DNA from: Octopus vulgaris
Taxonomy: Eukaryota
Assembly: GCA_951406725.2 (NCBI GenBank)
Contig: OX597822.1
Coordinates: 68,634,001 to 68,698,000, forward strand
Direction: 5' to 3'
Length of the DNA: 64,000 nucleotides
Shown: positions 38,959 to 53,365 of the stretch, in pieces
Layout of the letters: every line of letters starts with the position of its first letter
Position numbering within the stretch: the first letter of the stretch is position 1
Position numbers and translations under genes: made by a program
The notes under the pieces: model-generated
Database searches by the model: none
Told to the model about the DNA's origin: nothing
Seen by the model: only the letters and a program-made list of their open reading frames with translations

Positions 38959-39464
38959 CTAGGTTGAGAAAAAAGTTTGTGTGCCATGTTAAAATAATGA
39001 TTATTTTTATACAAGAATTTATTCAAAAACAACAACTATTCTTCAAAATAAAGACCATCATTTTCCACAACCTTCTGCAAGCTTTCGGATTTGGTCAAAG
39101 CAACAATCCTTCGGCTTTGAAATGAAAACTTCTTGACAGGCTTCTTTAACTTCATCAAATGACTCAAATCGGCGTCCTTTCATAAAGTACTGCATTGATC
39201 AGAAGAGACCATAGTCAGATGGAGCAACATCTGGACTATAGGAGGGATGTGGCAGAACTTCCACACTGTCCAATTCTTCAATCATGTTGCTGGTCTTTCT
39301 GGCAATATGTGGTTTTGCATTATCTTGTTGAAACAAAGCACATTTTTGACGAACACATTGAGTTACCATTGAACATGACATGAACTGAATGAACACACAC
39401 CACAAAAATATATTTAAAAAAAGCATTATTTTAACATGGCGCACAAAATTTTTCCTCAACCTAA
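38959..39464 (-). mobile_element. Internally deleted mariner element with both TIRs
   Basis: LFQQDNAKPH and VLPHPSYSPDVAPSDYGLF motifs; TIRs TAGGTTGAG..GTGTGCCATGTTAAAATAAT / ATTATTTTAACATGGCGCAC..CTCAACCTA; TA flanks. Confidence 0.9.
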
Positions 39465-39903
39465 TACCTTAAAGAGACAGTCAAAGATATTTTGTCTCAG
39501 CTTTAAAATTTTACCAACAGAAGTTAGAATATAGATTACACTGTAAAATAGGCTATTATATAAACTACGTAGGTTCAAATACACTCCTGCATTGTAGCAC
39601 AATATTGGCTGGAAGAAGTTTGTGTAGCAAATTATGATTAGAGTTTCATCAAAGAAACTCCCAAAACTCTTCATGTCACCACCATTATAGGCACACACAC
39701 CAAGCTCTTTACAAATATAACCTTCAACTGAATGGATGGCAGGATATGTACAGACACACACACACACACATACACATCTACACACATACATTTAATATAC
39801 TGCCTAGGGACCAATCTTGAGAAATTAGGCTTCTCAAAATCAGAAAGGAAAAATTTGATTCCAAGACTATAGATCCAAACTACCACTGGTGGTGGTGGTG
39901 GTG

Positions 39904-40014
<111 letters not shown>

Positions 40015-42068
40015 ATGGTGGTAGTAGTAGTAGTAGTATCATTAGAGCTGTGGAAAAATGCCTGGTGGTATTCTGAATTCGAAACCCACAGATGTTTGCT
40101 CTCAACTTTCTCTTTGATCCCTCTGGTGGTGGGGGTGTCAAATAAAATAAAATACCAGTCTAGTACCGGGGTCAATACTAAGGACTAACCCCTTCCACTA
40201 AAAACCGTTGGGCTTCGTAGCCTAAATTAGAAGCAATTAGTCTTAGCAGTACAGTAATCCCAGCAGAAGTATTTAAAGAGTTGCCACCACCATCACCACC
40301 ATCACCATCACAATCACCATCACCATCATCACCACCGTTACTGCCACCACCTTTCATTCTTAACCATGAGATGGTGAAAAGACAAAGATCAAGATGGTGG
40401 GGGTGGTTTATAGAAAAAAAGAGAGATTAGAGACAGAAATTAACGAATCAGTTTTTTTTTTAATTTATTGGTTTATTTGTTTTTATATTGTTTATTTATA
40501 TTTGTCATCATCCAACACCTTCAGACAAAGAAAGAAAATTAGAAAAATTTACAAACACACATGAACACAGAAAAAGGGTCAATTACAGGAAAGGGTCTAC
40601 AGAGTACCCCTATGTACAAGTATACTTTCTCTTTAGAGGGTACCCTCCTGCACAAGTATACCCTTTCTTTTACTTCCTCTCTCTAGCAGACCAATCCACA
40701 TCACCACCACCACTCCACACCACCAACAGTAATAAGTGGCAAGCAGTTAGCATTCCTCAAAACCATAATGAGTCCCCTCAGGTAATTGGTTTTGAAAATC
40801 CCAGGTGGAAGAAAAAAAAATAGCAAAGAGAGAGAGAGGGGGGGGGAGACTGTGAGAGGGAGGCAGCAGTTTTGTTTATAGAAAAAAAAAGTATCCCCTC
40901 TTTCTTTCTTATCCCCTCTCCCTACATGATTGTACCAATGCTTTCACCTAAGCGAGTGGCAAACTCTCCTTTTCTCTACCCAGCGCTCTCCCTCTCTCTC
41001 TATCTTTCTTTCTTTCTTTCACATACACACAACCAATTCTTTCCACAACATACACATACATACAAGCACACCGACACACACACACACACAAGCACTAGCT
41101 CTGTCCTCTCTACACACCAGTTAAGAGCAAGTTGATGTTACAACCTGCAGAATAGAACTAAAGCTGAAAGCAGAAGAAAACAATTTGCTTTTTCTTCTTT
41201 TCTCCTTTATTTTGCTTTATTCTTATTTTTATTGGGGGAGGGGGGGAAGGATAGAGAGAGATAGAGAGAGAAAGAGGGGTGTGTTAGACAGATAGGTTAG
41301 ACAAGACAGAAAAAAGACATTGTGGGAGATTGAAGAGAGACAGTCATGAGTGCATATGTGACAGAAATGAAGAGCAAGACATAAGAAGAGAAAGCAGGGA
41401 GAGATCTGACTGTGGTTAAAACTTAACCTTGCCAATGTATCAGGCTGAGATTAGGGAACAGTAAGGAGTAGGGGCAAGTGGGTTACGGCAATATTTAAGG
41501 ATTCTACAAATGAGAAGGGATAAATCTTAATACCTTTGAAGAAATCTTAATTGTTGAATTACTTAGGCTGTCTTTGTTTGTTTGCTTTGGGGTGGGAGCA
41601 AAGGGTTGCCTTTTTTTCTTTGTTGTTTTTGTTGTTTTTTTTTATAATTCTTTTTCATGTTATACTTCATGTGACACGAAAGACAAATCTAGCTAAGGGA
41701 AGTAAAATACAGAAAAATATATACCAAGGTAGAATCATCATCATCATCATCATCACCATCGTTTAACGTCCGTTCTCCATGCTAGCATGGGTTGGACAGT
41801 TTGACCGGGGATCTGGGAAGCCAGAAGGCTGCACCGTAAAGATTAAAACATTTCGCTTCCTTGTTACGAATTTAGGGAATGCTGAGAGAAAAAAGTTTAA
41901 TAGATGCAAGTGTGGCTGTGTGGTAAGACACTTGCTTCCCAACCACATGGAGCTGGGTTCAGTCCCACTGTGTGGCACTTTGGACAAGTGTTTTCTACTA
42001 TAGCCTTGGGCCAACCAAAAGCCTTGTGAGTATATTCAGTAGACGGAAACTGAAAGAAGACCGTCATG

Positions 42069-42103
<35 letters not shown>

Positions 42104-43772
42104 TAGAAAAAAACCTACCTTTAGCGGCATTTCGTCTGTCTTCACATTCTGAGTTCAAATTCTGCCAGAGTTTTAAAAAAATAAGTACCAGTTGAACACT
42201 GGGGGGTTGATGTAATCAACATCCCTGTTCTCCTGAAATTGCTGGCCTGGTGTCAATATTTGTTATTAAACCACGTATTCTTTATGTTAAAGAAGTTGAT
42301 AAAATGTCATTTCAAACTGTTATTTAGCCATGTCTCTTCCTTTGCATTCTGGATTCGAATATCACTACATTAACTTTGCAATTCTCCCGAAATTGACCAA
42401 ATAAAGCCTTTGTCAAGAACTGAAGATGATTTAATTGACTGTGCAGTGCATCATCATCATCCAGTGTTTTAAATCTGGATTTTGTCCCTGTTAACAGGGG
42501 TGGCCGGATCTACCTCATTGCCATAGCAACCGAGGTAGGCAAGTGCAGCCCACCCCAGCTTTTGGGCTCACTAGTGTCCATTCTATCATGAGGCTTTTTG
42601 GGAGCTGAATTTTCTATGGGGGGGCATGCCCTTGGTTACCCCCAACCTGAGTTTCTAGACATGAGTGGTCCCAAGACCAAGGCCTCTACCACAGTTTTTA
42701 AGAAATATGGTGGGAAACTAGCTCAGGAAGGCAGGGACACTACTCTCTAAAGACCCCTTTCGGAGCGCCTCATTTCCCAAGAGGAATTCAAAAATCCAGA
42801 AAAAACTCCCAGAAAAATAAAAATAAAAATAATTTACAATGTGAGACAAAAAAGATGCCAAAACCAATAATGTTTTCATAAACAGATAATCAACTTTTAA
42901 GATTTTATTATGCACTAATAATCAAAGAAAACACAAACCACAAATAATGAGTCACTGCATTTTAACAAAGTTGACAGTACCTATTGTCATTTGTATATTG
43001 ATTAAAGAACAAGACATATTTTGCAGAATAGCATGCATTCAATGGACTATTATTTTCACTTCTGATGTTCATATACATACATATATATATATATATATAT
43101 AAATACACACACACACACATATAGATATATAGATATATTCTCTCTATTTCTATTGGTCAATAAATAATAGACTGTGTAGCAGAAAATCCATACGTGTTGT
43201 ATTACTCTTTCTCTTTTTTTTTTTGTTTCTTTCATGCAACCCAAAAAAGCAGTGAAGGGTGGAAAAACATGATGTAACATATCTCTGTAAGTAAAGCAGA
43301 CAAGAGAGAATAGTTTGGTTATATTGCATTTTATCGGAAAACAGGTAGATGATAGCACCTATTTAAGTCATGTTCACATACGTCTTTCCATGTCAGAGAC
43401 TTCAGTTTTAGGTCAGTTGCATTACTAGAATACATCAAGTTTTTCACTCAAAAAAAAAAACCTATTCAGAAATAATAGCTTCAAATTTTGACACAAGGCC
43501 AGCAATTCTAGAGGAGAAGGTTTTGTTGATTACACTGGCTCAGGACCTGCCTGGTACCTATTTTAGTTGATCTCCAAGAGAAAAAAAAGGTAAAGTCAAC
43601 CTTGGCAGAATTTGAACTCAGGATGTAAAGAACCAGAAGAAGCACTGCAAAGTATTTTGTCAGCCTTGCTGATGATTCTGCCTTAAATTATTCAGAAATA
43701 ATAAAATGGATATATAAAATGAAATCAAATCAAATGTGAATATAAACGGAAATCTTCTACAGATTTTAACAA

Positions 43773-44150
43773 GGTGTAGGAGTGGCTGTGTGATAAGTAG
43801 CTTGCTTACCAACCAGATGGTTCTGGGTTCAGTCCCACTGTGTGACACCTTGGGCAAGTGTCTTCTACTATAGCCTCGGGCCGACCAAAGCCTTGTGAGT
43901 GGATTTGGTAGATGGAAACTGAAAGAAGCACATAGTATATATGTGCGTGTGTATGTTTGTGTGTTTGTGTTTGTCCCCTCAACATCGCTTGACAACTGAT
44001 GCTGGTGTGTTACGTCCCTGTAACTTAGCGGTTCGGCAAAAGAGATCGTTAGAATAAGTACTAGGCTTACAAAGAATAGGACCTGGAGCTCGACTAAAGG
44101 CGGTGCTCCAGCATAGCCACAGTCAAACGACTGAAACAAGTAAAAGAGTA
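43773..44150 (+). mobile_element. tRNA-derived SINE family A, representative full copy
   Basis: Head TGGCTGTGTG..GGTTCAGTCCCACTG, internal (TG)n, tail GACTGAAACAAGTAAAAGA. Further copies or fragments at approximately 12097(+), 15140(-), 18975(-), 19740(-), 24672(-), 25885(-), 30135(+), 35063(+), 41905(+), 46170(-), 46815(-), 47625(+), 51160(-), 53055(-), 53365(-) and 53555(-). Confidence 0.88.
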
Positions 44151-44274
44151 AAAAAAATGAGTAAAGTGATTTGATCTGAAGAAGATCAACCAATTCACTT
44201 TTAGTATGTGCCTTGTATGAGAAAGTTAACATCTTTGTTGCAATGCCTTTTATTAATTAAACCTAAATGAATCA

Positions 44275-44700
44275 CATCATCATCATTGTTTAGTGTCCGT
44301 TTTCTATTCTGGTATGGGTTGGATGGTCTGACTGGGGACTGGCAAGCCAAGAGGCTGCACCAGGATGCCCTGCCTAACGCCAACCACTCTGAGAGTGTAG
44401 CGGATGCTTTTTATGTGCCATGGGAGTCAGAGTCAGTCAGGTGACACTGGCATCAACTACATTCAGATGGTGGTTTTTATGTGCCACCAGCACAGGAGCC
44501 AGTCAGGAAGGTGTGGGGGAGTCTAGCATTGGCCACATTCGGATGGTGTTTTTTATGTGCCATTGGCACAGGGAGCCAGTCAGGCGGCACTGGCATCGCC
44601 ACAACTACAATTTCCCTTTTGATTTTGATTTGATTTTTTGACTGATTTTATTTGACTCAATAGGTATTCTCAAGCGCAGTGCCAAGCCTGACGATTCAAG
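44275..44700 (-). mobile_element. LINE-tail-related element, second long copy
   Basis: Shares ACAACTACAATTT..TTGACTCAATAGGT and the repeated TTTTATGTGCCA modules with 29560-30000. Confidence 0.75.
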
Positions 44701-45253
44701 GGTACTTTTTTTTTTTATATAAGATAACTAATAAGGCATGGGTTTCTTGAGCTGGACTTATTTTATGGGTGTAAACCAAGAAATCATTATTATCAAATAA
44801 AAGAAATTAGTATTTTTACAGGTATAAATCACATACAGCACATTCCTAATGAGACAGCTGCAGGTTTTTTACTAAAAGCCTATGACCACACCCTACTTGA
44901 GAGTAAACAAAGATAAAACTTCTTTTAATAAATGTCTTGTGGCCATGCAATTTTATGATCAATGAAACATTTGGCATGGATAAATGGTTCATAAGGATTG
45001 TTAACAGCTATGTTTAGTATTATGCATGAGATAGCTAATACTGGAATTGTATCTAACAATGCATATTTTTAACAAAGAATTGGAAATTTGGGTGAATGTT
45101 CAAGGCTGTGCTCTCAACCCTTCCCACAAAATATTTAGCATATCAATTACAGCCACATTAAGCTTTTTTTATTTTCTATCAGAAAGAACTATTCACACAA
45201 GATTGCTTTCCTATCGAATTTCAGACAAGAAAGTCTACTTTAAATAAACACCA

Positions 45254-45327
<74 letters not shown>

Positions 45328-48217
45328 CAACAACAAAATCAGTGACAGCACCAACAACAGCAACAATACAAACAAACAAATAAATAAATAACAATATGGA
45401 CAAAGTATTTAAAAGAAATAATAATAATGAACCAAACACTGAGACTGTAACAGAATTCCTATTGTTAAATACTTAAATAACAATGCCGCCATATTGATGT
45501 CATACATCACTGCAAATCAACTGAACTAATAATAAACTTCAAATCAACATGCAAATGTATTATAAATGACTTGCTGTATTACCATTACTTTTAATTAAAA
45601 ACACAAACTACAACCTTAAAAAAAAAATCATCACCACAACCACTACCATCATCATCATTATCATTATCATCATCATCATCATTATATGCCTGCTTTCTGT
45701 ACTGGCATAAGTCTGAGTCAGTTCTGATAAAAAAAAATTTAAAAAATACTGCCATCAAAAATGGGTCAAGGAATTATGTCTCACACAGTTTTTCTACCCC
45801 TGGATGTGTTTTCTAACACCAACTACTTTACAGAATTTACTGGATGCGTTTTATCGTAATTCCCTAATCGTTATGCCCTCGTTAAGCAAAAGCTTCTCCC
45901 GAACTTAAATTGTCTTCATTGATGGCGAGTCAGTAGAATCATTAGTGCAATTGTCGAAATGCTTAGCAACATTTCTTCTGTCTCTATAAGTTCTGAGTTC
46001 AAATCCTACCGTTCATCCTTGATGGGGGTCAATAAAATTAAGTACCTGACAAATATTGGAGTTGATGTAATCGACTAACTCCATCCCACTTAAATTGCTG
46101 ACCTTGTGCCAAAATTTGAAAACATCATAATAATTGTTAGCATAGTTTCCATCTCCCAAATTTACTCACTATAGCCTGGGGCTATAGTAGAAGACACCTG
46201 TCCAAGGTACCACACAGTGGGACTGAACCCAAAACTATGTGGTTGGTTGCAAAGCAAGCTTTTCAACCACACAGCTATGCCAGTACCTATACAAGCTTCT
46301 GAATCACACATATGAAAAAAGGAAATTTTAAGTGTACAATCAATTCATAGTTACCAAGAATTTACCATTTGCTTCATGTCACATACCACCAGAAAGAAAT
46401 TCCATAAATATTAATTTACAGATTTTTCTAAATGTCTTTAGAAAGATCAAATTTCTTTACCAATATTTGTTTTCTATTATTTATTATGATTTATTTTATT
46501 ATGATTCTATTAAGTTTTATTATGTTTTTTTAAAAAATATTTTATTACATTGTGTATTATTTATTAGATAGAGAAACAGGAAGGTAATATTTTTCAATTT
46601 AAGTGAAATTTTCAAGTAATCTGTTTAGCATTTCATCAACAAATATATCCTTATATGGCTTGAGAAAGGCATTTAGAAAGTGGTTGCTGTTTAATAACCT
46701 AGGTTAGCCTTCACAGAACCAACCCATGACAACCCCATCTCCCATCTTATTTTCACCTACACTATGAATATATTTTTTTAATTTTTCTTCAGCTCTAGAA
46801 ACTCATTAGCTGTTTTATTCTTTTACTTGTTTCAGTCATTTGATTGCAGCCATGCTGGAGCACTGTCTTTAGTCAAGCAAATCAACAACAGGACTTATTC
46901 TTTGTAAACCTAGTACTTATTCTATCGGTCTCTTTTGCCAAACCCCTACGTTACGGGGACGTAAACACACCAGCATCGGTTGTCAAGTGATGATGTGGGG
47001 GACAAGCCCAGACACACAAACATATAAACACACATACATATTTATATATTTTAAGCAAACTTCTAACTACATGGTAAGCAAGCTTCTTACCACATGGTAA
47101 GCAAGCTTCTTATTTTTTTTATTGCAAGGGGCTAAACATAGAGGGGACAAACAAGGACAGACAAATGGATTAAGTCGATCAGATCGACCCCAGTGCGTAA
47201 CTGGTACTTAATTTATCGACCCTGAAAGGATGAAAGGCAAAGTTGATCTCGGTGGAATTTGAACTCAGAACGTAGCGGCAGGCGAAATACCGCTAAGCAT
47301 TTCGCCCAGCATGCTAACGTTTCTGCCAGCTCACTGCCTTCTTACCACATGACCACTCTTGCAATAAGAAGCAAGAAACAGTGTACTCAGAGAAGAGTTC
47401 TTGAACAACACCTTATAGCTACGTTGGTACTAGGATGTTCTTTTGTATTTCATTATATTTTAAAATTAAAATTCTTTTATATTTCAGCATCTTCTCCACT
47501 CCATTTTTTAACATACTTGTTGAGTTTCTATGGGATAACCTTTCCATAAATTCTCATAGCACACCATATACATCTTTATATATATATACAGGACAGGCTT
47601 CTTTCAGTTTCCGTCTACCACAACTGTGTGGCACCTTGGGCAAGTGTCTTCAACTATAGCCTTGGACCAACCAAAGCCTTGTGAGTGGACTTGGAAGACG
47701 GAAACTGAAAGAAGCCCATTATATATGTATATATTTGTGTGTTGATATAAAATGGGTTTCACTGAATGGAAACTGAAAGAAGCCCGTTGCATATGTATAT
47801 ATTTTTGTGTGTGTCTGTGTTCGTCCCCCACTCCCAATTGCTTGACAACCGATATTGGTGTGTTTACATCCCCCATAACTTAGCAGTTCGCAAAAGGAAC
47901 CTATAGAATAAGTACTAGGCTTACAAAGAATAAGTCCTGGGGTCAATTTGTTCGACTAAAGGCAGTACTCCAGCATGGCCACAGTCAAATGGCTGAAACA
48001 AGTAAAAGAATAAAAAAATTTATACATAGTACCTATATAAACTGAGTTAATTTAGCTGTTTCTTCATAGACTGAACAACCTTGTTCATATGATGAACAAC
48101 CTTGATTGATTTTTGAATCGTATTGGATTCTTATCAGAGGTGCCCACATCAATTTGATCAATTTCAGACAAACAAGTAACTGATCTGTTAATCAACAATT
48201 ACAGTGGCTACAGAAAA

Positions 48218-48682
48218 CTGGTGCTACTAATTTGCATATTGTATGTATCAACAAGTGGAGGCACATGGCCTAGTGGTTAGGGCAGCGGACTCATGGTCGA
48301 GGGATTGCGGGTTCAAATCTCAGACCAGGCGATGTGTGTGTTTATGAGCGAAACACCTAAGCTGCATACAGCTCCTGCAGAAGATAATGGGGAACTTCTG
48401 CTGACTCTTTCGCCATGACATTCTCTTACTCTTTCCGATACAGGTGAGCTGCAAGATGCAGGAGGAAAGAGTGAGAGAAAGTTGTAGCGAAAGAGTCAGC
48501 AGAAGTTCGCCATTACCTTCTGCCGGAGTTGCATGGAGCTTAGATGTTTTGCTCATAAGCACACACATTGCCCAGTCTGAGATTCGAACTCGCAATCCCT
48601 CGACCGCGAGTTCGCTGCCCTAACCACTAGGCCATGTGCCTCCACTTGTTGATACATACAATATGCAAATTAGTAGCGCCAG
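48218..48682. repeat. Fold-back inverted repeat of a tRNA-SINE plus about 40 bp of unique flank
   Basis: CTGGTGCTACTAATTTGCATATTGTATGTATCAACAAGTGGAGGCACATGGCCTAGTGGTTAGGGCAGCG is mirrored at the right end. Arms are about 220 bp with a spacer of about 30 bp. Confidence 0.92.
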
Positions 48683-48819
48683 GTGCCACACAGAAGGACT
48701 GAACCCGGAATCATATAGTTACAATGCTACCTTATTACCACACAATTAATAGCATACTATTTTACAAAAAATACAGAATATTAAACTGAGATGAATTCTA
48801 AAGAAAAATAGCATCTAAC

Positions 48820-49381
48820 ATTCTTTTCTACTCTAGGTACAAGGCCTAAAATTTTTGGGGAAAAGATCCTAGAGAGGATGAAAGGCAAAGTTTACCTTGG
48901 TGGAATTTGAACTCAGAACGTAAAGACAGACGAAATACTGCTAAGCATTTCACCCAGCATGCTAATGTTTCTTATTTCTTTATTGCCCACAAGGGGCTAA
49001 ACATAGAGGGGACAAACAAGGACAGACAAAGTGATTACATCGACCCCAGTGCATAACTGGTACTTAATTTATCAACCCCGAAAGGATGAAAGGCAAAGTC
49101 GACCTCGGCGGAATTTGAACTCAGAACGTAACGACAGGCGAAATACCTATTTCTTTACTACCCACAAGGGAATAAACACTGAGGGGACGAACAAGGACAG
49201 ACAAACGGATTAAGTCGATTATATCGACCCCAGTGTGTAACTGGTACTTATTTAATCGACCCCGAAAGGATGAAAGGCAAAGTCAACCTCGGTGGAATTT
49301 GAACTCAGAACATAACGGCAGACAAAATACAGCAAAGCATATTGCCCGGCGTGCTAATGTTTCTGCCAGCTCGCCGCCTTT
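48820..49381 (-). mobile_element. Three stacked or nested SINE family B copies
   Basis: GGATGAAAGGCAAAGT..GGAATTTGAACTCAGAAC occurs three times (about 48876, 49084, 49268). Confidence 0.85.
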
Positions 49382-49801
49382 AAATAACATGTCTAATATT
49401 TAAAATATTCCTAAACTCTTTATCAGTCTTCTCTCTCTCTGTATGTGTGTGTGTGTGTGTTGTGCATCTGTGCATATTTAATAGTTCTTTTTGAAATTGT
49501 GTATACATTTTCATTTGGTAGAAGTGTTGGATCTATGTATTGGTTTTATTATTTTTTTTTCTTTTAAATCCTGGTCACAGCTGCACCAGTGACAATATTG
49601 CAAACTAACACAGGCTAAAAGTTGTTCTTCAACAAAAGACAGATATGGAATGCCTGCATCTGTGTCCATGCATGTGTGTGTGAGTGGTTCTAATTTCAAA
49701 GGGATTTTTTTAATAGCACACACCAAAGTACATATATGCACACACATACATACATACATATTCCATATATGGATGTGTTTTACAAGAATACACCCATTTT
49801 A

Positions 49802-50653
49802 CAAGGTAGTATCAAAAGGTTCCCAGACTATCTATGTTTAATAAAAGGAACTTTTTTTATGTAAGTCCTAACATCATCTCCTTCGAAATAGTCACCTTAT
49901 GCAGCAATACAGCGGTCCCAACCAGCTGAGGACTATCTGTGGTGTCTGTATGCCAGTTGAGGACCATCTGTCGATCTCAATAACAGTGTTAAAATGGTGA
50001 CCTTTGAGCTGCACATTTGTCTTGAGGAAGAGATGGAAGTTTGCAGGTGCTAAATCTGGCAAATAGGGCAGATGTAGAAGTATTATCATGTTGTTTTTGG
50101 TAAGAAACTCATGAATGAGGTAGGCTCGGTGACAGGGTGCATTGTTGTCGTAAATCCAATTCTTCAGATGTCTTCCCTCAAATGTTTCAAAATGTCACAG
50201 TAGAACTCTCAATTGATGGTCTGGCCCTGTGGGACATGTTCTCAATGCACAATACTACATTTCCAGGGTTCACGCTTGTGGCAGGTCTTCCAGGCTGCTC
50301 ATCATCTTCCAGGGATATTCTTCTGGGTTTGAAGCAAATGTGCCACTCAAAACATTGTGTATGACGCAGTGCCTCATTACCGTAAGCTTGCCAAAACATG
50401 CTCAATATCTCTGTGCAGGTGGCACGTAAAAAACACCATTTGAGCGTGGCCGTTGCCAATACCGCATGACTGGCCCTCATGTCGGTGGCATGTAAAAGCA
50501 CCCACTACACTCTCAGAGTGGTTGGTGTTAGGAAGGGCATCCAGCTGTAGAAACTCTGCCAGATCAGATTATAGCCTAGTGAAGCCATCAGGGGTTCACC
50601 AGTCCTCAGTCAAATCGTCCAACCCATGCTAGCATGGAAAGTGGACATTAAAC

Positions 50654-50710
<57 letters not shown>

Positions 50711-50923
50711 GTGGGCACTTTGTTCCAACTTCCTGTCCATGAGAAAAATCACAGACTACAAAAACACAAATTTCACAACTTGCAAAGTAAACACAGCACT
50801 ATCACTTGGCACTATCACTAACTCATGAAGGTCACAGCAAGCTCTCACTGCACATGCAACCATGTGCTGTCATTTGTTGGCATGCTTCAGAATTAGTCCA
50901 GGAACTTTTTTAACACCAACTTG
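49802..50923 (-). mobile_element. Decayed mariner element interrupted by a LINE-tail insertion
   Basis: LHLPYLPDLAPANFHLF and CFEWH..FK..RISLEDDEQPGRP motifs; TIRs CAAGGTAGTATCAAAAGGTTCCCAGACT / AGTCCAGGAACTTTTTTAACACCAACTTG; TA flanks. Confidence 0.85.
50411..50706 (+). mobile_element. Short insertion matching the 3' UTR/tail of the RTE LINE, with a long (GAT)n tail
   Basis: GTGCAGGTGGCACGTAAAAA..GTGGTTGG.GTTAGGAAGGGCATCCAGC.GTAGAAACTCTGCCAGAT..GTCCAACCC.TGCTAGC..TTAAACGATGATG matches 37414-37600. Confidence 0.88.
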
Positions 50924-53304
50924 TATCTGCTGTAATATATCTGATTAAATTTTTTTTTATATTAGTATAAGTCATATTTCCAGGCATTCCAACTTTGAAG
51001 ACACATCACTCCAATTTTGATTAGAAACTTTAGAAAAAAATTTATAAACATCACAACATGGTCCCTATACTTTCACAAGTTATTTCCTAATGATATTTTT
51101 GTTAATAATTTAGCAACAATACAGAGCTGGTTAATTACTTTATAGTACTCTTTACTCTTACTCTTTTACTTGTTTCAGTCATTTAACTGTGGCCATGCTG
51201 GAGCACCACCTTTAGTTGAGCAAATTGACCCCAGGACTTATTCTTTGGAGGCCTAGTGCTTATTCTATCAGTCTCTTTTGCCGAACCACTAAGTTACACT
51301 AAGTTATGCTAACACACCAGCATCGGTTGTCAAGCGATGTTTGGGGGGACAAACACAGACACACAAAGATATACACACACACATACATATATACAACAGG
51401 CTTCTTCCAGTGTCTGTCTACCAAATCCACTCACAAGGCTTTGGTCAGCCCGAGGCTGTAGTAGAAGACACTTGCACATGGAACCCGGAGCCATGTGGTT
51501 CATAAGCAAGCTACTTACCACACAGCCACTCCTAGGTCTGTGTTTTTATTTTATTTTTATTGACAGTACAGATATGATTGCCTGTCATTTGGAGCTAGAA
51601 TTTGTTTCTATGTAAAATGTTACCCTCTATTGTCTAGGGTACACAATAAATCCTTTCCTGAGACTTATTCTGACATATTCCTTGGCAGGGATATGGTAAT
51701 AGAAGGAAAGGTCAAGCAATGTCTTTGACACTTAAGGGAGGAGGAGGGGAGGAGGAAGAGGGAATGGGGAAGATAAGGAAGATTAAAGGGAGGAAGGGAA
51801 GGACAAAGAGGAAAGGCGGGAAGATGAAGGGGGGAAAAAGAGGAGGAGGAATGGATAGAAGGTTGCAACATTGTGGTGGAAATAATTGGGAAATTGTTTA
51901 ATGCTAGGTTCTGGAATAGGAATGGTGAGAGGAATTGAGATGAGGAAAGGAAGGGGGATGTTGGTTGGAGCTGAAAAGGGTTGATGGGAGTGGGGGTGGG
52001 GGGTGCAGTAATGACTATGTAAGTTGGTTAAACCCCATTTTAATGAAGATAAGTAAATGAACCTAATCACACACACACTTCAGAACAGAAAGATAAGGTT
52101 TAAGACTGAAACAGTAAGATTCATTGTCTTTTCATTCCATTTAGACAAATGTATATATTGTTATTTTAATGTTAACTCTTATTATTTACATAATTATTAC
52201 CATCCTTATCATTGATGTCCATTTTCCACAACAGTTGTTTTTTGTTGTTTGACATGTCCATTGTTCTATGTGTCAGCCTAATGGAGGCCCATATTATATA
52301 CTTCAATATGAAGTGGTTTATCCTATGGAGGACATGGATCCGTTCTGTAACACATTGCCATTCTTAATGATCTCACATCCCTCTGAAAGACTCCAAAATA
52401 GTTTAAAGTTTCACCAATGATTCTCTGTCATCTGTTCCTTGATATCATTCTCATTCACAGGTGCCACTCACTATCAATGAACACGTCGTCATCGTTGTCA
52501 AAGACTCCACCGTCAGTCTTGACTGACCATTGGATTGAACCTAGAAAGTTACCCTCCGAGGGACAAATCCGAGCAAGGTTGTTTATGGTGACCAGTAGTC
52601 ACCCATGCATGCCTGTATCTCCTTTCTATGTCAACCAATGTTATCTAAGGGAAAAGCAAATAATGATACAGCTTGGCACCAGTGACACTGTAACTCATTT
52701 CTACAGCTGAGTGAACTGGAGCAATCTGAAATAGTGTCTTGCTCAAGAACACAACACACAGGCTGGTCTGGGAATTGAACTCACTACTTTATGATTATGA
52801 GCCCGATGCTCTAACCACTAAGCCATCATTATCATCATGAACATCACCATTTACTGTAGACTTTTCTTTGCTTGCATATGTCAGAAAGAACATATTGGGT
52901 CACATTTTCTGTCGCCAACCTTCACCTGTTTCCTTTGGCCTGACACATTTTTCACGGAAGACTGGAAACAGACAACCCTGCATGTATGATGGTGAGGTTC
53001 ATTTACAACCATCACATGATGCCCACTAAAAAAAAAGGTACAAACACACACACACATGACAGGCTCCTTCTAGTTTCCATCTACCAAATCCACATGTAAT
53101 GTTTTGGTCAGCCTACAGCTATAGTAGAAGACACTTCCTTAAGGTGCATTCAGTGGAACTGAACACAAGCCCACTCAGTCGGTAAGTATGCTTCTTAACC
53201 ACACAGCCATGCCTGTGTCTGATTAAGAAAAAAGTGATTGGTTAATTAGTTCATCTCTTACCAATGTGTATATCTTTTGGTGATATATATGACACACACA
53301 CACA

Positions 53305-53365
<61 letters not shown>

